Shown in pieces: positions 24,957 to 37,856 of a stretch of DNA of 64,000 nucleotides. The DNA comes from Pecten maximus (taxonomy: Eukaryota). The notes under the pieces were generated by a model, which searched no databases, was not told where the DNA came from, and saw only the letters and a program-made list of their open reading frames with translations. A program made the position numbers and the translations under genes. The DNA lies in the NCBI RefSeq assembly GCF_902652985.1, contig NC_047027.1, positions 10,044,001 through 10,108,000 of the forward strand, read 5' to 3'. Position 1 is the stretch's first letter. Each line of letters begins with the position of its first letter.

Positions 24957-25678
24957 TTAGCTTACCTGAGAAAAAGTCTCAAGCGACCTATTTTTACCGC
25001 CTTTTGTTTGCGTCGTATGGCGTCCGTCCGTAAGCAATTTGCATTTTCGACTACTTGTATGGCCATGAACAACTAAGGGCCTAAGAGACGGCCAGAAAGT
25101 GTGAAATTGTCTGATAGAAATGTCTTAAGGTCCTGTGCCAAAATTGTGATTGAGGTAGTAAAATTTACTATAGTTTATTTAGGGAAATCACATTTTGGAG
25201 CATAATTTGTTCAAATTGCCATTGGAAATATTACAATATCGGTTAGAATCATCAGTATAAGATAGCTGTTAAATAGTACGTGTATATTGGCACTTTCTGA
25301 GTTATTACGGGCTGGATCAAAAAAGTTCAAATTAACTGAAATTAAAAAACACCAAAATAAGGTGGAATCAAACACCCTCATATATGGAACGGTCTTAAGA
25401 CGTTTCACCAACTTTATCAATTCATGACCCTTGGGTCTGACGTTTGACCTTTGAGATTGGGTTTACTTTACAATTGTTTATATAAAGAAATCAAATTCTT
25501 GACTATTATTTGTTTGATTTCTATTGGAATCCAATCTCATGTTGATAACATTATTAGCATGGAGTGGCAGTTTGCTTGTATGCACATGTTGGCACTGACC
25601 GACCCCTTAAGCTGAAATTAACTGAACTATTGCAAAGCTCAGATAACTCAGATAACTAACGTCCATGGACTTCTTGTT
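24957..25678 (+). mobile_element. Degenerate HINE-like element
   Basis: TTAGCTTACCTGAG 5' end, GGCGTCCGTCCGT, 3' CAGATAACTAACGTCCATGGACTTCTTGTT. Confidence 0.6.
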
Positions 25679-26129
25679 AAATGACAAAATTCAATGACCG
25701 TTAGCTGTACTTGTAATCCCTAGTTACTGGATGCTAATATATTTGTCGGAAAGAGGTTTTTGCAGCTTAATGATCCAGCTAAAGGTCATAATGAGCTAAG
25801 AACATAACACTGGATATTTGCAGAACTGAACACATTAGCTTAGAAAATTATTTTCAGTTATAATCTGCACGCTGGGAATTTATTAACGGCACAAGGGAAT
25901 GGCAGTTTTGGAAAACAGAATCAATTTGACATGTTCCTAATAGCAGGCATTAGCGTCAGACACGATGCGCAAATGTTTGTTTTTTAGATCGATATTTACG
26001 TTCTATGCTCAAAGAAGTAAATATTCATTGGTAACATTTGGAAAACCTGGAGATGACGAAAGCATTAAAAATCTGTTTGATAACCTGGTAGCTAAGACTG
26101 AAATAATATTGTGGTCTTGTTGGTTTTAG

Positions 26130-26235
26130 GTCACGGTTATGATAAACGATGTCCCTTCAAAATGCACTGGGAACTGTACATACGAGTGGTTGTCTAGCAG
26201 TACACCCGTCGTTTTCAATGCATCACGTTCGCAAG
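26130..26235 (+). CDS. PKHD1L1: PKHD1L1-like exon (VTVMINDVPSKCTGNCTYEW)
   Basis: Resembles VEVYVNGIPAKCSGDCGFTW. Confidence 0.92.
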
Positions 26236-27430
26236 GTAAAAAAGGAGGATTCAAATATAGCCATTTTGTTAATAGATGTTTTATATTTGGTCATACGAAG
26301 AAAATCTAATGTAAGTAATTGAATATTAACTACAGAATCCCGTATTTGATGAAAGTAGGACTTGTAGCAATTGGCTCCGTTTCTTTCAAACGTCAAAGAT
26401 AATGTTTTGGTCCTTTGCGAAACTTTATGGACTTTCCGATTATCTGCTAGACGATATGGTATTTTATCATTTTTGGCAAACAATGTAAAGGATATTCATT
26501 TTTTTCAATTATATTTCGTCCATGTGATATTTTTCATCACATAAAATAGGACTATTATTCATCAAGAAACAAGGACTATTTTACTTTTTGTTGCAGTTTG
26601 CTTATTTTTTGCACTATGGTGCTCAAAGCATTGCGAAAGTAAAGATCATGTTCTGTTACATAGTGACATCTGCCCACAATATATACACATATTAGATATT
26701 TTTTAATTGCTTTTGTAAAGCAATTTTAAAACACATTTCAGGTCATATAACAAGTCTCGGATTACTAATTTTGATATCATTTTTTCTGTATCTGTGCGTC
26801 ATCAGACCATAAACAAATATTTCCGAATCTTCATCAACCATTCATCCAGTTTCTATGACCATTAACAGAAATACATCGATGCTAACAGTTAACCAAACTG
26901 GTAAATGACATTGTCTACCGCCATTCGTTGTGATGTCAATCTCGGACCATTGTGTGAAAATACAGGCATTTGGATAATGGACCTAGTTTATGGCCTTTAA
27001 GTCATTAACAAATTACAAAAAATCTTTGTAGATGAAATGATTCGAAGGCTGTTTAGATTGACTAAAATTAAAACATTTATTCTTCACTATGGGGGTATTG
27101 TTTTAATTATTTTTATTATCATTTTTGTTAACTTAAAAAAGAAAAGAAAAAAAGCTCTCTGTAGAAAGATACCTTAAGTTACCAGTAGAGCCCATTGACC
27201 TATTGTACCTAGGTCTACCTTGTTGCGTTTATTCAGTGTATCGGGATTTTCAATCTACCAACAATTTCCGTAAATTTGCTCATTTTTTTTATCGAATAGG
27301 ATAATGTGTTCAATGCTGATTTTAATTATTTAGAATATCAATCGATAACTCCGAATGAATAGTAGATGACATCTTGCTCAAATGCTGTGTTGTGTTACCG
27401 TTGTAATATGTATTTCCGACATGATTACAG

Positions 27431-27700
27431 AACCCCCCTATAGAGAGGTACACATATTTGGCAGCGGATTCAGTGATATACCGGGCTACAACAATATAAC
27501 AATAGGAGGAGTTGTGTGTAATGTTACAAAGGCAACAAAAGAATTGATCGTGTGCGACATTGACCACGTGACTAGTGGTGAACACACAATTGTTGTGGAT
27601 GTACAAGGCAGCGGACTAGCAACGTACCTTACCGACAATGTCCTGCTGTCCTTTGATTTAAAAATTGACAGCATCAACCCTATTACAAGTGGACTCGGGG
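27431..27700 (+). CDS. PKHD1L1: PKHD1L1-like exon, IPT/TIG
   Basis: IFGSGFS..ITIGGVVCNV..IVCDI. Confidence 0.92.
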
Positions 27701-27910
27701 GTAAGTGAGATTTAGTTTCCTTCTAACGTCATTTTACAGTGTATATCGTTATTGCTTCATTGTGGACAAAAGCCAGAAAAAACGAACATAAGAGTTCATA
27801 CGAAAGCAAAATATGACATAAATGACAATTTTATTTGAGACTAGATTACGAGCAGGTGTTCCTAAGTTTGTTCCCTTGGGTTAATTCTGGAGTTTCTATG
27901 TAAATCAAGA

Positions 27911-28338
27911 CATAGAGGATATCTAACAATGTCTTCAGTAATACCAAATATATTTCACGAGTGGGGCTAATATTTTGATATTTTTCACTCGCGCTGCGCA
28001 CGAGTGAAAAATATCAAAATGTTAGTCACACGAGTGAAATATATTTGGTATTACTGAAGACACTGTTAGATATTCTGTTTATTACATTTTTTATTAACGA
28101 AAAACCTACCCCGTATGCTAACAAGGCCTACAGCGATAATTTGTAAACAAAAAAAGTAGTTTCCCCTGTCCAGGTGCTGACATATATGTCGGGCTTTCTG
28201 ATTGGTCAATTATTTTGGTATTTTCTAATCATTAATTTGATTGGTCAAATCAGCAAAAGTGATATTTTCACTAGTGAAAAATATCACTTTTATAGAATGA
28301 ATAATTTTTGATATTTCACTGGTAAAAATGTAATAAAT
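27911..28338 (+). mobile_element. Non-autonomous element with long 5' hairpin and a second inverted-repeat pair (Crypton-like architecture)
   Basis: ~75-bp-arm palindrome 27919-28074, then TTTATTACATTTTT...AAAAATGTAATAAA; a decayed second copy at ~59461-59785. Confidence 0.65.
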
Positions 28339-28676
28339 ATGTGTATGGTACTTTGCCCTTGGTAAGTCAATTTTGAGTTGGCTTGTGGTTTCGTTATGTC
28401 AAAATAATTTGTTTTTAAGCCGAACATCAAGTAGGGAGAGAGAGAAAGAGAGTATCATGTTTCAATTGACTTTAAAGACGGAAGTCATCAGTGAGAACAA
28501 ATTCTTTAGAAATGATATTCCCGATATCAGAAAGCAAGTTCATTCATTTGTTAAGACCTATTTGCAGGGCGGTGAATTAGTTTCATGACCATGGTACTTT
28601 AATCAAATCGTTTAACGACTTAATAGACACTATAGAAGTAACTATAATCGAAATTATTTTTTATCATCAATTCAAG

Positions 28677-28801
28677 GTTTCGTGAATCTGACAATTACCG
28701 GAAATGGATTCAATGAGTATTCGTCAGTTACAGTTGGAGCAAAAGCCTGCAACAAACTTTCAGTGACATCAACCAATATCGTATGCTTAGTTCCATCCAC
28801 G
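28677..28801 (+). CDS. PKHD1L1: PKHD1L1-like exon, IPT/TIG (LTITGNGFNEYSSVTVG)
   Basis: IPT motif, phase 1-0. Confidence 0.92.
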
Positions 28802-29172
28802 GTATGGGAACTTTATTGAGAATTGATTCAACTCATTTTTGTGACATGCAAAATTTCATCTCCACAAAGCAAATTGGAGGATTTGGAAATATATTAGAAT
28901 GTGTGGTCTTTTGTTTTTGTTTGTATGTTTTTGGTTTTTTTTTTTGGAACATGAAATATTAAGCTGACGTGCATTTGCATCTTTTAATCTCCGTAAAATA
29001 ATACTGAGACATTATTTAGAAAAACATGTAAATACAAAACATACAATATTCTAATATACGATAACTAAGAAATCAAATGTTCACATTAACGTGTGTAAGA
29101 CACACGTAATTGTTGGTAATCCAAACCGTTGAAAACACAGATATATCTTTTCTCTCATCTTCTGTATTTTAG

Positions 29173-29308
29173 AACACCTCCGGGAGTCTATCCGTTACAG
29201 TAGAGCAAACGGGAGAACTAAATGATACAGCCGACACAAAGTTTACGTATAATGAATCGCTGACACCTCAAGTGGCTGAAATATCACCGATTTCAACGGG
29301 AGTGTCAG
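29173..29308 (+). CDS. PKHD1L1: PKHD1L1-like exon (..FTYNESLTPQVAEISP)
   Basis: IPT linker FTY..TP.V..ISP. Confidence 0.9.
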
Positions 29309-29660
29309 GTCTCGTTTCTGTTTTCGTCAGATCAATGATAAGTTTAAAATGTTTCATGTTAGCTAAATAGGAAATCTAACTCTTGTTTCCAAAATCCTTC
29401 TAATGTCGCAATACTTCCCGGTAAGTGTATTTAAGGCAGGTCGGACGTTTTGGTTTTGTATTGATCATTTTTTTTTTATCTGGAGTCCATATATCACATG
29501 ATAAATCGTAATTTTGTAGAAAAATTAAAATATGAATATACTTTTCATCTGGACACAATATATGATTTTTTTTAATCGGCTTTCATTTGTCGAATATTGT
29601 AAATTTATAAAGAAAAAGATACTTAAATGCGATTATGGGTATTCTCATTTTTAATTACAG

Positions 29661-29850
29661 ACGGAGATACACTTGTTATAAGTGGTCATGGATTCCAAAC
29701 AGAGAGCAACGTGACCTTATTTATTGGTGAAATCAAAACTAACATCACCTTTTATAACGACACCTACCTCATGGCGGAGTTACCTCCCTGTTCCCCAGGA
29801 ACGCATCATGTGAAAGTGATAGCCGGAGACCATGGAGCAGCTGTTAACTT
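29661..29850 (+). CDS. PKHD1L1: PKHD1L1-like exon, IPT/TIG
   Basis: LVISGHGF..PGTHHVKV. Confidence 0.92.
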
Positions 29851-30194
29851 GTAAGATAATGTTTAGGGATATATTGTATGAAATGCTACAAAGTTTGGCT
29901 GTGATACCATTGATTATTTACATTTTAGGTTCGTTTAGTGATATTAAAGGTTTTTTCACCGTCAGCCTTCGGTGGATATTGGTTCTGCAAACATTGGCAA
30001 TATCTATTAAAACGATAAAACAAAATAGTTCGTAAACAAATATACATGTATACAACAAAAATAACAGAAACTTCCAATACAAAATAACTTTTATATCGAA
30101 TGCCCATTCTTGACATTGTTACACCTAAACCTTTGCATAATTGAAGTTGTGTTTTCCTAATTTTCAATAATAAATAGAAAAAAAAACGAAATTC

Positions 30195-30530
30195 GTTGGC
30201 CTGTTGTCAGTATAATGTGACGAGGTTGATAAACTGCTTGGCTGTATAATTCAGTGATCATGAGGTAGCGCTATGAAATTTGCATCAGTTCAGCGCCACC
30301 ACAAGGGTACAAGCGGGAACATACTGGGTTCTTTCAAAATACACATGGCATCGCCATTTGGTTTCGTTTATTTTGTTTTACGTCATATTAACAGCTAAGG
30401 TCATTTATGGACGGCCTCATGTGCGTGCGACATGCATGCTTGTGGTGAGTGCAATCGCCATATGCATACGTCTCGTGTACATGTATGGGGGTGCGCGTCC
30501 TTACATGCTTGTAGCTTGTAGTGTTTGTTG
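30195..30530. mobile_element. Two SINE fragments (+ strand core 30195-30340; - strand tail 30356-30530)
   Basis: TTGTCAGTATAATGTGACGAGG core; TTTACGTCATATTAACAGCTAAGGTCATTTA is the reverse of the SINE tail. Confidence 0.65.
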
Positions 30531-30533
30531 ATA

Positions 30534-31432
30534 CTGTAAATTTCTTATATTTCGCGTGTGATTTATTTTCGCGTTAATTCGCGAGGAGAGTCAAACGCGA
30601 ATTCAAATTCCTCGCGAATATTTGTATAAGAATGACAAGAATACTATGTGGCGTCCATTTTTAATCTACCGTAGTCTTCAGTTTGTGAGCAAACATCGCT
30701 GTTCAAATAATGATAGAATGATTATATACGTAAATTAGAGTGTTTTGATATCACAAAACACCAAAATTTCACACACACAAAAATATAATAGGTTCGGTCA
30801 CGAGGATCCCGGATGGTCACCCGGAATACGTCGTAATTTATTACCCACGCTATTATAAGTTATGTAAGGTTACATGTATACATAGCACTTCAAATCGCTT
30901 GATTCTCGAAAAGATATTTACAATAACAAAGTTGAAATCAAAGAAATTATTTATTAAATTCAAACATTTAGAGCAAATAATCCCCTGGAGTAGAAATCAT
31001 TCGCAAAAGAGAACTGTTCATCGGTATCACTGTATACACACGTACGTTCATTACAATGTACGTTAACTCACAACCTATTGTAGTTCCGTCATCTTCCAGG
31101 CATTCTTAATGAGCCGTGGGTTTTGTTCAATGTCTCACACTGCCTTTGTAAGCCATTTAGCATGTATACAGGTACGGTAAATACAATTCAGTATGGCCAG
31201 ACACCGACATCACATGATTGAATCACATGACTTTTCTTGTACTGTCACATGACACTCATAAACAAAATGGCTATACCAACATGGGAAATCGCCGATCTGT
31301 TAGACAATCTAACGTCATTCGGGAATTTTAAGTCATTATGAGATCTGAATTCGCGAAATTATTTATTCGCGAATAAGTCAAATTTAGTGAGTTCGCGAAA
31401 TTAAGTACTCGCGAAATATAAGTGATTTACAG
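30534..31432. mobile_element. MITE with TA TSD (Tc1/mariner-type ends)
   Basis: TA|CTGTAAATTTCTTATATTTCGCG...CGCGAAATATAAGTGATTTACAG|TA with repeated TTCGCG subterminal motifs. Confidence 0.85.
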
Positions 31433-31706
31433 TACACAAGGGTAAAAATATGTATCTTTTATAAAAAATAAACGTGTACATTAATGTATTATAGTATAAT
31501 CACTACAAAGCTGTTTGGTTTAATGCTTGTCCAAGTTTGATATCTGATATTTGACAAACAATGGTAATAATAAGGATATATATAGAATGCAGTCAACTGT
31601 ATTTTTAAGCTTTTTTTCTGTAATATGGCTTGATTGAGTATGACGTGGTAGCACGTTAGGAAGTGTGAAAGACATTGATATATATATATATATATATATA
31701 TTACAG

Positions 31707-31945
31707 AACAAACGAGCTACCTTCGATCACATGCAACTTGGAACTGAACAGTGTTGAGCCACGTAGTGGTTCCCTGTTCGGCGGCACCAGTCTCACTCTT
31801 GAAGGACGAGGATTCACATCTGACACCAAGGTCAATGTCGGAACTAACGACTGTGACGTCACAAGAGCAAATGATAGTCTAGTTATTTGCAAGATTGCAA
31901 GAACACGAACAATATATAGAGTTAACAATCATGGTCTCCATCCAA
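31707..31945 (+). CDS. PKHD1L1: PKHD1L1-like exon, IPT/TIG (PRSGSLFGGT)
   Basis: Resembles PQRGSLFGGT. Confidence 0.93.
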
Positions 31946-32367
31946 GTAAGTTGTAACAATAGACTATTGCGCAGTGAATTAAATATGTCATATTTACAGT
32001 CGATATTTACCGTTTCCATTTATCTGGTCTTTTGGGATCTGTGACTATATCTAAGCAATGTATAAAAGATTAAGAGATTAAGATGGGTTTTTCATTTGCA
32101 ATGCTTTCAGATTACTACTTACTTCCCGGTCAAATAAAGTAATTCATAATTACTACTCAACAGAATGAAGGTTTACCGTGTAATTGTCAGTCATATGTTC
32201 AATGAGTACAGAGGAAATAATAGTCGCTTTCATATACTCGATTCAAGGACATGGAGACAAAACCACTACAGAATTGAACAATTCTTAAAGAAGTTATTTA
32301 TAAGTTTTGTTTAATTTATTATCTTGAATGGATGAATATGAATATTCCTTACTTTCCCACACAACAG

Positions 32368-32556
32368 CATTCGGGAAGTACTACTCTTGGAGTCCCCAGC
32401 ATGTGAAGATCCTGGTGGGTGACGTGGTTCGCTGGGACTGGGATTTCCCCATCTTCATCACGACAATGAAACCAAGGGTCGAGGAAACGTACAACATGAC
32501 GACAAAATTCGGAATGCCTGGAGGGTTCTCCAGTGGAGATTATGGTACTTCAACAG
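32368..32556 (+). CDS. PKHD1L1: PKHD1L1-like exon, cupredoxin-like insert (YSWSP..VGDVVRWDW)
   Basis: Resembles YAWSP..VGDTVAWHW. Confidence 0.92.
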
Positions 32557-33049
32557 GTATACATTTATTTATTTTATCTAAGTATAACTACGTAGGCATG
32601 CTCATTTCTGATTGCAATCTGGGTCAGAGTCCTTTCATTGATAAGTCATATAATTATCTGGCGTGGCCCTAGGTTGTAAGAATTGTACCTCCGTTACATG
32701 ATTCGTATGGGCATGCAACTTAACAGGTTAAATTATCCATATTCTCCCTATTTAACATTCCTCTTCATAATCTTTCCCTTGACACTGGAACAATCCTGGC
32801 CTTAAGGTGAGCGTTCGCCCCTGGTTGTTTCGGGCTTGTTCATTGGCCATAGTTCATCTATCATAAGGAGACAAATACCGCCACACACCCCTGCAGCACA
32901 TGAACATTACACAGAAGCATCTCGCACGAAGACCAATCCGTCTTTAAATATATAAAAAAAAAACTATTTTTACCGGGCATTGAGTGGCAATCGCTGCAGG
33001 TAAACTATTTAAATGTTGTCTTATAAATTAGCTGCGTCTACATAATGCA

Positions 33050-33218
33050 ATTGGCAAATGTTCCGGCCTATCACAAGGAGACTTAACACGAACATACCGC
33101 AGCCCCCAAAACACATATATGCACTCGCCACACGCCTCCATGTCGCACTCACGGGAAACCGTCTGTAAATGATCTTAGCTGTTAATAGGACGTTTAACAA
33201 AATAAACAAAACGAAACC
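33050..33218 (+). mobile_element. 5'-truncated SINE copy
   Basis: Same ~165-bp sequence as the 8895 and 36583 copies. Confidence 0.8.
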
Positions 33219-33264
33219 AGTCGTTGTTAGTATTAGGGTTTATAAGTTTTAACCGGAATTGCAG

Positions 33265-33456
33265 GATCATATATACACGAGTTCAATAAAGCTGGCATGT
33301 TCTACTACTGGAGTGGTATAGTTGACGACTACAGTACCACGTGGTTCTACGGATCTGTCGAGGTTGAAGAACGGACGTCCTTTCTGGCTGATGTCATAGT
33401 CACACAGGGCGGATTTGAGGCAAACCACATCTTACGCAACACGATGTCAACGTCTG
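33265..33456 (+). CDS. PKHD1L1: PKHD1L1-like exon (GSYIHEFNKAGMFYYWSG)
   Basis: Resembles GSFSYQFTSPGIHYYSSG. Confidence 0.92.
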
Positions 33457-33828
33457 GTATGTATACAATATTTCTAAGGTGCTTGTGATTATATAACATG
33501 AACGACAGCTAGAGTCTGTTTTTGTAGTAGTGAAATTATCTGAAATCGGTTAATTTACTTGTTTCGTTGGGTTCGACACATTTGACGCAGAATTAATGTT
33601 TTCCTTAATATCTCTGATTCATTCAGACCAGATGCATAAGTTAATAATATTTGCGACTAATGTGCATATGTCAGTATTGATTTCATTTTAGTTATTCGAA
33701 TTGAAACTGGATGCCATATTTTTTACACTAGGAGCGCGCAATGATATCTGATCTCGAAAAGTTCCCGCACAACCGTCAACGTTAGAAAACACCAATGTAT
33801 TTCTTACTACAGCTTATCTATATTTCAG

Positions 33829-35307
33829 ATACCACTGGCTGTCTTGATGTAACGTTTCACAGAGAAAACTGTTCCGATTTACTACCAGTCGATTCCTCAA
33901 ACAACACAAAATTCCAATTCGCTTTTTGGACATGCGCTTCACCAATCGTGAATAAAATAAGCCGACAAAACGGTACTACTAATGATGCTATACTTATATC
34001 AGGAAACGGTTTTTCTGACAGAGGTTCTCAGAACAATATTACATTTGGAGACTATATATGCACGGTGTCCAATAGTTCGTTGACCACCGCTAGTTGTAAC
34101 ATAGATCCCAAGAACAGACCACGAATCGGACGTCCGCAATATGTTGATGTTTTGGTGAGCAATTCTGGTTATGCTCACATAAAGATCGATAAAGAAAATT
34201 TAAAAACGTTTGCATTGTTTCCTGTAATTACTCAAATTTCCCCAAAGCACGGCTCTCTGGGAGGTAATACGCGGCTAACAATTGTCGGAACTGGTTTTGA
34301 AGGTCATCACAGGATAATGACTGAAGTGACCGTGGGTGGTTATCCCTGTGACGTTATATCTAGTGCATACACGGAAATAATTTGCCTCACACAGATGTCC
34401 GTTGTCGGTCGTAAACAGGACATATCCATAGCTATCCCAGTCACCGAAAGCATGCGGATCCCGGCGGAATGTGCAACAACATGTCAGTTTGAGTACGATG
34501 ATCAGCTGACCCCGAAAGTAACCGATGTCAGTCCCGACTCAATAACAGGTGAAAATACAACCACCATCACAGTTTCCGGAACAGGCTTCGGTGATGACAT
34601 TAGCAGTGTATCTGTGCTAATGAAGTCTTCGGAAATATACAAGTGTCAGGTTAAAAGTGTCTCGGATTCAAAAATTGCATGTTTGATAAACAATTTACCA
34701 TTAGGTTCAAACGAAGTCATCGTCGACATAACCCCTAAAGGGAAAGCGCTTCATATCAACGGGAGTCATAGCGTTAACAGTATACCAACCATATTAGATA
34801 TATTACCTGTCAAAGGGAGTATATACGGCGGAACTGACGTCACTCTCACCGGAAACGGCTTTGGTTCAAACGTAACTATTGAAATAGACGGATCGCCATG
34901 TACAGTGAAAAATATAACAGTGAGTTTCGTAGTCTTTACAACTAAAGTTCATTCCGCTGGCACTGGAGTGATGAGCATCAGGTCGGATGGAGTCCATTTT
35001 CCCCTGCAAACCTTTACTTTTTCACGGGAGGTTTCTCCTACAGTTATTGCTGTACATCCTCTGTCAGGAACGGCCGGAGAAAATATAACCATCATTGGTG
35101 AAAATCTTGGCGCAAACAAGACAAGCGTTTTTATTGGAGACGAGAATTGCATAGTTACATCTGTCATTGACACGGAGATAAACTGCACTGTCGGGGTTCA
35201 CCGCGCGGGGACATATGCTTTATACGTAAACGTATATGGTGCTGGGTATTCTAACAAAACTGTTTTTACATTTAACATGTCAGTGAACGCCATTGAACCG
35301 AAATCAG
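33829..35307 (+). CDS. PKHD1L1: PKHD1L1-like large exon, ~5 IPT/TIG domains
   Basis: 1479-nt open exon within ORF 33795-35372 with repeated P..G...GGT.LTI.G.GF motifs. Confidence 0.96.
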
Positions 35308-35529
35308 GTAAGATTCTTGTTACGTTGTTACCTTTCTCGCTCCGAGATATTTTCATTGGTAAATTCAACTAATTTATAGAAGACAGCGACAAATGTTAGA
35401 TTTTTCTCACAAAAAAAAGTATTTCATATGGAATAATGATATAAATGTATAAAAAATAATTGAACTTATAAGTATACAAATGTATATGGTGTAATCTGAG
35501 CATAAAATTGCTTTTATTTGACTTTTTAG

Positions 35530-35679
35530 GTAGTTTAGCTGGGGAACAGACGGTTACTATAATTGGTACCGGATTTGATGATAACATGACGGTGAATATA
35601 TGTGGAAACATCTGTAACAAGTCCGAGGGGCAGACGTCGAACTCAACGTCATTAATATGCGACACTCCACCGTCATCAG
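35530..35679 (+). CDS. PKHD1L1: PKHD1L1-like exon, IPT/TIG
   Basis: GSLAGEQTVTIIGTGF..ICDTP. Confidence 0.92.
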
Positions 35680-36136
35680 GTTATAATGCTACATTTCATC
35701 AAAGTCTATCGATGAATAGCATTATCTATACATGACATGTTCTAAAATATAATACAGTTATTCTAGACACTTCTTTATGCATAACAACAAATAATTGATG
35801 ACGTCATAATAAAGAAATAACACTGCAAGATTATGTTTGAAGAGAAAACCATATAATCCAGTCGGAATTAGCCTTGCTTACATAGAACTATTTCAAGTCT
35901 ACAGTTTCCATCTAATCTCAATAATATGTGTTTTATCATAAACAGAATCTTGCACTCATGGATATGCAATATGAGTTTCATCTTAATCGTTCAGTACACA
36001 TATATAAGTCATTCGGCTGAAGGTTTCTGCCATTGGTTACATAACCATTGTATGCTTCATATCAAGCTTGTGTTTGTCAAAAACAACAAAAAAGAACAAA
36101 CATCAACTAATTAGGTCTCGATCTTTTATTTTAAAG

Positions 36137-36308
36137 TGTCTTCGTTTGAAAAGTGCGACGTGAAGGTAACGGTCGATACTATCACTAAGGTACTGAAGGC
36201 AGGTTATACCTACGATCCTGATCTTACTCCAGTCATTGATGACGTCACACCAAAGCGCGGAGGTACCCAAGGTGGAACACGACTAACAATCTCGGGATCG
36301 AACTTCGG
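36137..36308 (+). CDS. PKHD1L1: PKHD1L1-like exon (..TPKRGGTQGGTRLTISGSNF)
   Basis: Resembles SPKRGSTAGGTRLTVVGSGF. Confidence 0.93.
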
Positions 36309-36582
36309 GTAATATTGATCGGATTTTGATTTAACAACCTTTACGTTTGTTTGTTTGGGACTGTACCTCCCACAATTCCAGTATGAATATACCACTGATG
36401 TTTTTAATATATATTGCTATGACATTGAATTCTTTAGCACACATCTAAATCCTATCGATTCAATCTGTTCCTATCATGTCATTTAAGGATATGGCTACAG
36501 TGCAGTGTTAAAAGTGGAAATTTCATTGCAATGTCTTAATTCAGACATGTCAAAACAGTGCCCATACTCCAACCACCTCAAT

Positions 36583-36759
36583 ATAAATCGGCAAAAGTTC
36601 CGGCCTATCACAAGGAGACTTAACACGAACATACCGCAGCCTCCCAAAACACACATACGCACTCAACACACGCATGCATGTCGCACGCACGGGAGGCCGT
36701 CCTTAAATTACCTTAGCTGTTAATAGGACGTTAAACAAAATAAACCAAACCAAACCAAA
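36583..36759 (+). mobile_element. 5'-truncated SINE copy with 13-bp TSD
   Basis: CAACCACCTCAAT at 36570-36582 and 36760-36772; (AAACC)n tail. Confidence 0.88.
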
Positions 36760-36911
36760 CAACCACCTCAATTCAATACTGAGCCATAGTCAGGTGTGTA
36801 TTAGGCCACAAATTTAGTCGCCTTCTACTAGTAAATCTATATTGAAATGTAATACTAAACTGAAATGAGGACAATGTGTAGAAAACCAAAAATTCTATGT
36901 TATTTTGACAG

Positions 36912-37083
36912 ATCAACCCCTACGTCAGAGCCGGGATGTGTGTCGTCAGTAACAATCGCTGGAACATTGTGTAACATCACATCTTGGACAGAATCATCGG
37001 TCGTTTGTTTGACAGAAGCTCATTTTAAGTCGGAAAGAGCAACTGTCAGATTGGAAACAGGATGTAATGGAAAGGCAGATGAG
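36912..37083 (+). CDS. PKHD1L1: PKHD1L1-like exon, last IPT/TIG
   Basis: VTIAGTLCNI..VVCLTEAH. Confidence 0.9.
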
Positions 37084-37214
37084 GTATAAGTACGAATTAG
37101 TCACTAAGTTTAAGGGAAGCTTTTGAAATACGTTAAAACAAAAAGCAATACACATGCAAAGACCAAATGAAAGATATTTGTTAACTTGCATCAAATAAAA
37201 ACGTGACCACAGCA

Positions 37215-37406
37215 CACTATAAATCGGCAAAGGTTTCGGCCTATCACAAGGAGACATAACACGAACATACCGCAGCCTCCCAAAACACACATACGCACCT
37301 ACCACACGTATGCATGTCGCACGCACGGGAGACCGTCCTAAAATGACCTTAGCTGTTAATAGGACGTTAAACAAAATAAACCAAACCAAACCAACCAAAC
37401 CAAACC
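37215..37406 (+). mobile_element. 5'-truncated SINE copy
   Basis: Same family; (CCAAA)n tail. Confidence 0.82.
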
Positions 37407-37572
37407 ATTCGCTCTCCAAATCAACATTTGTCTTTATGATTTTCATTTCCCCGGCTTCATTCAGAATTTCAAACAATCTTCACTGGTGATTCTAGAACGA
37501 TGCAATGACTTTCGTTGTAATTAAATTAAAAAATATATATCCTAATAGTAGCATTGTTTCAATATTGTTTAG

Positions 37573-37736
37573 AGAAATGCTAGTTTCCATTTTGTTGATG
37601 TGTGGTCATCCGTATTTACATGGGGAGGGGCGGCGTCTGGTCTGCCTACCGCTGGAGACATCGTAGTCATCCAAAAAGGACAAACCATCTTATTCGACAC
37701 TGACACACCCGATCCTCAAAATGCTGTTAATACAAG
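37573..37736 (+). CDS. PKHD1L1: PKHD1L1-like exon, start of G8-1; carries an apparent +1 frameshift
   Basis: VDVWSSVFTWGG..KGQTILFDTDTP, then ILKMLLIQG only in the +1 frame; 164 nt where 163 is needed. Confidence 0.9.
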
Positions 37737-37856
37737 GTAAGATATAATAATATTGAAATAATTATTGTTAATTAATATGCGATGGTTTTGAATATGACTC
37801 TCATTTCAAAACGTATAGGGTTCCGTACATCTAATATGCAATCTCAATATATACAG

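Noticed and set aside
36994-37476. 160-aa minus-strand ORF similar to ORFs at 8701 and 33021
   Set aside because: The shared peptide comes from reading the same SINE tail in antisense.
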